This document shows, piece by piece, positions 63,727 through 64,000 of a DNA stretch of 64,000 bases. The notes beneath the pieces were generated by a model. It was given only the letters and a program-made list of their open reading frames with translations. It searched no databases and was not told where the DNA came from. Positions within the stretch are counted from its first letter, which is position 1. Each line of letters starts with the position of its first letter. The stretch is from Leucoraja erinacea (Eukaryota), in NCBI RefSeq assembly GCF_028641065.1, contig NC_073391.1:27404001-27468000 (forward strand), written 5' to 3'. The translations under genes were made by a program, and so were the position numbers.

Positions 63727-64000
63727 ACCCACCCCAGTTTTGAGTTTCCTTTCTACTATTTTTGCTGCAGTTGATCAGCTACTTCGACTTGTTCAGCTAC
63801 CTCGTGCAACCAGCACGTTTTACTGTTTTCTGACTTTGCTGCTGTTCTATTGAAAACCTATTAAAAAAGGAACGGCTATTTAAAATTATCTGTCATTCGC
63901 CACATCCTGCTAAGAAGACTTTTTACAATAATTTGAGAAATACAAGATACAAAATACAAACAATACACTGAATTAGGATAACAATTCTTCAAGTGTGGAA

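Noticed and set aside
63056-63740. 44-bp direct repeat (63056/63573) and duplicated poly-C+ACCCACCCCAGTTT
   Set aside because: Scrambled SINE/Penelope pieces with long homopolymers; possibly low-quality assembly.

Overview
Repeat-rich vertebrate genomic DNA, most likely a cartilaginous fish (skate/ray; inferred from HE1/V-SINE-like, CR1 and Penelope repeats). It holds a complete 11-coding-exon PDCD4 on the minus strand (52318->24112, 463 aa, one GC-AG intron, miR-21 8mer in the 3' UTR). A complete 2-coding-exon BBIP1 (18795-21632, 66 aa) lies on the plus strand, tail-to-tail with PDCD4. A CpG island at ~5.15-5.83 kb is probably the SHOC2 promoter/non-coding first exon by synteny; no SHOC2 coding sequence is visible. 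The rest is mobile DNA: a deleted ERV with a tRNA-Ser PBS, two Tc1 DD34E copies, a HERO-type RLE retrotransposon, CR1/Rex1/Tx1/Penelope fragments, SINEs and many MITEs. Standouts: (1) a 521-bp hAT element with a perfect 8-bp TSD carrying a genomic copy of the first coding exon of a CYB561D2-like gene with its splice donor (Pack-hAT-style gene capture); (2) a 30-bp P-element-like excision footprint in the BBIP1 promoter; (3) a candidate 27-nt PDCD4 micro-exon; (4) dispersed Penelope-derived minimal hammerhead motifs. Comparisons to human/fish proteins are from recall, not from a search.
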